Below are positions 62,738 to 64,000 of a stretch of 64,000 nucleotides of DNA, piece after piece. The DNA comes from Brevundimonas sp. (GTDB taxonomy: Bacteria; Pseudomonadota; Alphaproteobacteria; Caulobacterales; Caulobacteraceae). The stretch spans positions 98,292 to 162,291 of the forward strand of contig JBKBSD010000005.1 in assembly GCA_046291915.1 (NCBI GenBank), written 5' to 3'. Positions within the stretch are counted from its first letter, which is position 1, and each line of letters starts with the position of its first letter. The notes under the pieces are model-generated. The model saw only the letters and a program-made list of their open reading frames with translations, did no database searches and was not told the origin of the DNA. The translations under genes were made by a program, and so were the position numbers.

Positions 62738-62884
62738 CGGGCGCTTCTAGAGCCAAACCGCCCGTCCGCGAAACATGAACGAAGATGAACGCCGCGATCA
62801 AAGGCCGTTCAGCTTCGTCGCGTCATAAGGGATGCAACAGACGCGGGGCCGGTTCGTTGGGTCGTCGCATTTGAACCATCAGGG

Positions 62885-63529
62885 ATGACGCCCATGTTCG
62901 CCTCTTTCGCCAGCAAGACCGCCTGTGGCGCCGCCGCCGTCGCGGCCGCCGGATTGATGCTGGTCCCCGCCGCCGCCTCCGCCCAATCCTACACCTATCA
63001 GGGTGACCGGAGCGGGTATGACTATTACGGCCAGAACTACGGAGATCGCGGCTACGGTGATCGGTACGACGATCGCTACCGCGACAGCTACGACTATTGC
63101 CGCAGTGATCGGGGCCAGCGCCGCGCCGCCGGCGCGACCATCGGGGCCGGGCTCGGCGCCGTCGCCGGTTCGCAAGCCGCGGCGCGCGGTCGCCGGACCG
63201 AGGGCAGCATTCTGGGCGGCGTCCTGGGCGCTGTCGTCGGCGGGGCCATCGGCAACGACTCGGCCCGCGATTGCGACCGCTACGACGCCCGCAGCGACTA
63301 CCGTTACGACGGCTATGCCTCGAATGGCTACGCCTCGAACGGCTACTATCAGGATCGTGGCTACGACACGCGCTACGATGACCGTTACCGCCAGGATGAT
63401 CGCTACGGTTACGGCGACCGATCGGGCTATCGCAGCGACCGCTACGGCTGCCGCACGGTCGAGACCCGGACCCGTGACTGGAACGGCCGTCTGGTGTCCC
63501 GCTACGAGGAAGTCTGCAACGGCTACTGA
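62885..63529 (+). CDS. Exported glycine-zipper protein with Tyr/Asp/Arg-rich low-complexity regions
   Basis: Signal peptide AASA-Q; GATIGAGLGAVAG...ILGGVLGAVVGGAIG; paired Cys; start 62885 or 62894. Confidence 0.8.
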   Translation: MTPMFASFASKTACGAAAVAAAGLMLVPAAASAQSYTYQGDRSGYDYYGQNYGDRGYGDRYDDRYRDSYDYCRSDRGQRRAAGATIGAGLGAVAGSQAAARGRRTEGSILGGVLGAVVGGAIGNDSARDCDRYDARSDYRYDGYASNGYASNGYYQDRGYDTRYDDRYRQDDRYGYGDRSGYRSDRYGCRTVETRTRDWNGRLVSRYEEVCNGY

Positions 63530-63583
63530 CGAGATCGCGTCGCCGATTATTTTCAGCCCCCCTGTCGATCGGCGATGTGGCGG

Positions 63584-63618
63584 AGGCCCCCGGTGGAGAA
63601 ATCCGCCGGGGGCTTTTC
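63584..63618 (+). terminator. Intrinsic terminator
   Basis: GGCCCCCGGTGGA-GAAA-TCCGCCGGGGGCT followed by TTT. Confidence 0.8.
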
Positions 63619-63658
63619 ATGTTTGGAGGGGCAGTATCTCCCGCTGGCTGAGCGCGAG

Positions 63659-64000
63659 CTATCTGGCGACGTGACCGATGATGCGGAAGCCTCGCGGTGT
63701 TTCCTCGATGACATACTTCTTGCCCGTCTCGGTCAGCACCGCGCGAGCACCGTCAAGATCCTGGACCTCGTATCTGACCTGCGGGCCATAGAGCCGCCCG
63801 GTGGGATATTCCGCCTCCTGCGGCACCTCCAGCCATTCAATCGCAACGATGGGATAGACCCCGAACTCTCCGCTATAAAAATAGCCATGCGGCGGATGAA
63901 GGCCGGGGAGCCTCATCCGGTGTTCACGGTCACTGCCGATGAATTTGATGATCACCTGTTGGAGATTCAGGTCCGGATCCAACAGCCCGTAGAGAGCGCT
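63659..64000 (-). CDS. Hypothetical protein, probably 5'-truncated by window edge
   Basis: Open frame ...YPIVAIEWLEV...FRIIGHVAR*; lower GC than core genes. Confidence 0.5.
   Translation of the reverse strand, partial: SALYGLLDPDLNLQQVIIKFIGSDREHRMRLPGLHPPHGYFYSGEFGVYPIVAIEWLEVPQEAEYPTGRLYGPQVRYEVQDLDGARAVLTETGKKYVIEETPRGFRIIGHVAR

Noticed and set aside
63311-63346. GYASN tandem duplication in the glycine-zipper gene
   Set aside because: Ordinary slippage in a low-complexity region

Overview
High-GC alphaproteobacterial chromosomal segment, most consistent with Caulobacteraceae (Brevundimonas-like), judged from gene order and from LexA (GTTC-N7-GTTC), CtrA (TTAA-N7-TTAA) and GANTC motifs. 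It appears to be the replication-terminus region: a 28-bp dif-like XerCD site lies at 1858-1885, and most core genes on either side point toward it. Content is mainly housekeeping: lpdA, motB, bpt, parC, recO, era-rnc-lepB-acpS-pdxJ-pyrE, spoT-rpoZ, folK, smpB-dapA, slt, dnaE, lolD-lolC/E-proS, mce, tsf-rpsB, hrpB and tRNA-Leu(TAG). Accessory genes include an ArsR-SRPBCC-SRPBCC-VOC-DoxX-DHFR-like operon and a FecCD/Btu-type ABC importer. No transposase, integrase, prophage block or CRISPR array is visible. The notable signals are small: a 31-aa SidA-like ORF under two LexA boxes upstream of dnaE; a dense GTGCAC palindrome cluster between sidA and dnaE; a His/Asp-rich ~160-aa extension on signal peptidase I; three kinds of miniature palindromic elements (a REP doublet, inverted heptamer arrays, and a hairpin apparently inserted in frame into a methyltransferase); a probable CTG start for spoT; a LexA box at recO; and a lone terminase-small-like HTH gene upstream of parC. 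All calls come from reading the sequence; no database search was run.
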